NCBI GenBank assembly: GCA_030141605.1
Contig: JAQGDQ010000010.1
Location: 1,178,001 to 1,242,000 of the forward strand
From: Tubiluchus corallicola
Lineage: Eukaryota; Animalia; Priapulida
DNA length: 64,000 nt
Reading direction: 5' to 3'
Part shown: piece by piece, positions 62,995 to 64,000 of the stretch
How positions within the stretch are numbered: position 1 is the first letter of the stretch
Layout: each line of letters opens with the position of its first letter
The notes under the pieces: generated by a model
Told to the model about the DNA's origin: nothing
What the model saw: only the letters and a program-made list of their open reading frames with translations
The model's database searches: none
Made by a program: the position numbers and the translations under genes

Positions 62995-63120
62995 ACCAGC
63001 AACAACAAAACAGAAAGCAGCAGCAGCAACAACAGCAACAACAACAACAATAATAATAATAACAACAACAACAACAACAAAAGCAACAACAAGAAGAAAA
63101 AAAAGAAGAAGAACAACAGC
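62995..63120. repeat. (CAA)n/(CAG)n/(TAA)n compound microsatellite
   Basis: Visible trinucleotide runs; source of the poly-L and poly-V ORFs. Confidence 0.9.
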
Positions 63121-64000
63121 AGAATGTACATTAACCAAATGAATAGTTAATGAACTGACTAAATCTGGAAGTGAAAGCCCCATAAAATAACTTTGAACAT
63201 CATGGATTAAAACACCACTTTCCATTTTTTATAAAACCTTTCATTACTTATGAATACAAAACTGTTGTTGCAATATCATCCCAGACAGCATTACACTTTG
63301 GAGCCCACAGGGTCTTAACGGGGATGACTGTGGGCAGGGGCTATAGGCTAAACAGGGTTAATAATGGGACCATGCATGCTTTTCTTAAAGGGCCCCAGAA
63401 CTAGGTCCCAAACATGCCCCGCAAGGAGCCATCTTAGGAAAAAACCTAACATAAAAGTAAAAACTCTCAAGATATTTCTGAAAAAATGTATGCTGCTATT
63501 ATTTAAAAATGAAAATGTACAGTATATACTTTTAATTTTTTAAAAACGAAATATTTGTTTTACTTAACAACAATACCCATATATGATATATTGAACATAT
63601 TATTATAATATGGTCACGGCAATGCTATCACTTTTTTGATTTATGGTGCACAAGAAAACTACAGTACAAAACTCTAAATAATATGTATAAATCATGTGCA
63701 AATTAAGTATGCTCCATAGGAGAACACAATTAAGGCTTAATCCCTAGACCCATAAACGATTGCCACAACTTGCTTACCAAAAAACAATACTATTACTAGT
63801 ATTAGTACTACAAACACACATACTATTACTAATACAATCATGTACTACGACTATGACAATTTGATCAGTTGAATCATAGGCACAATTGCAATGAGACCAC
63901 CAAAAAGTTTTGATTACTAATTGAGACAAGCTATTTAATTTGCAATTTCTAATATGCGCGAAAAACTCACAATAGTAACGTAATCAGTGAATATCAACAA

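Overview
AT-rich, intron-containing animal genomic DNA, most likely from an invertebrate; it is not prokaryotic. Five host genes can be assembled from GT-AG-bounded exons in consistent phase. (1) The 3' part of a Kv2/Shab voltage-gated K+ channel (+). (2) MRI1, methylthioribose-1-phosphate isomerase (-), with an unusual charged C-terminal tail. (3) An ELOVL fatty-acid elongase (+). (4) TBC1D25/OATL1 Rab-GAP (+). (5) A PIERCE1-like ciliary microtubule inner protein (-). Between them lie TA-flanked Tc1/pogo-type MITEs, hAT-like MITEs, a Tc1 transposase remnant, decayed CR1/L2-type LINE fragments and microsatellites. The most striking structure is a young, 5'-truncated RT+RNase H non-LTR retrotransposon (LOA/Lian-like, 27755-30513, -). 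It is flanked by two 884-bp direct repeats of host-like sequence (26871-27754 and 30514-31397) that look identical by eye, arranged like a giant target-site duplication. The duplicated flank also supplies an in-frame ATG to the endonuclease-less RT ORF. Other points of interest are a three-arm competing hairpin at an ELOVL 3' splice site and a candidate alternative terminal exon for Kv2. All calls come from reading the sequence and motif recall; no searches were run.
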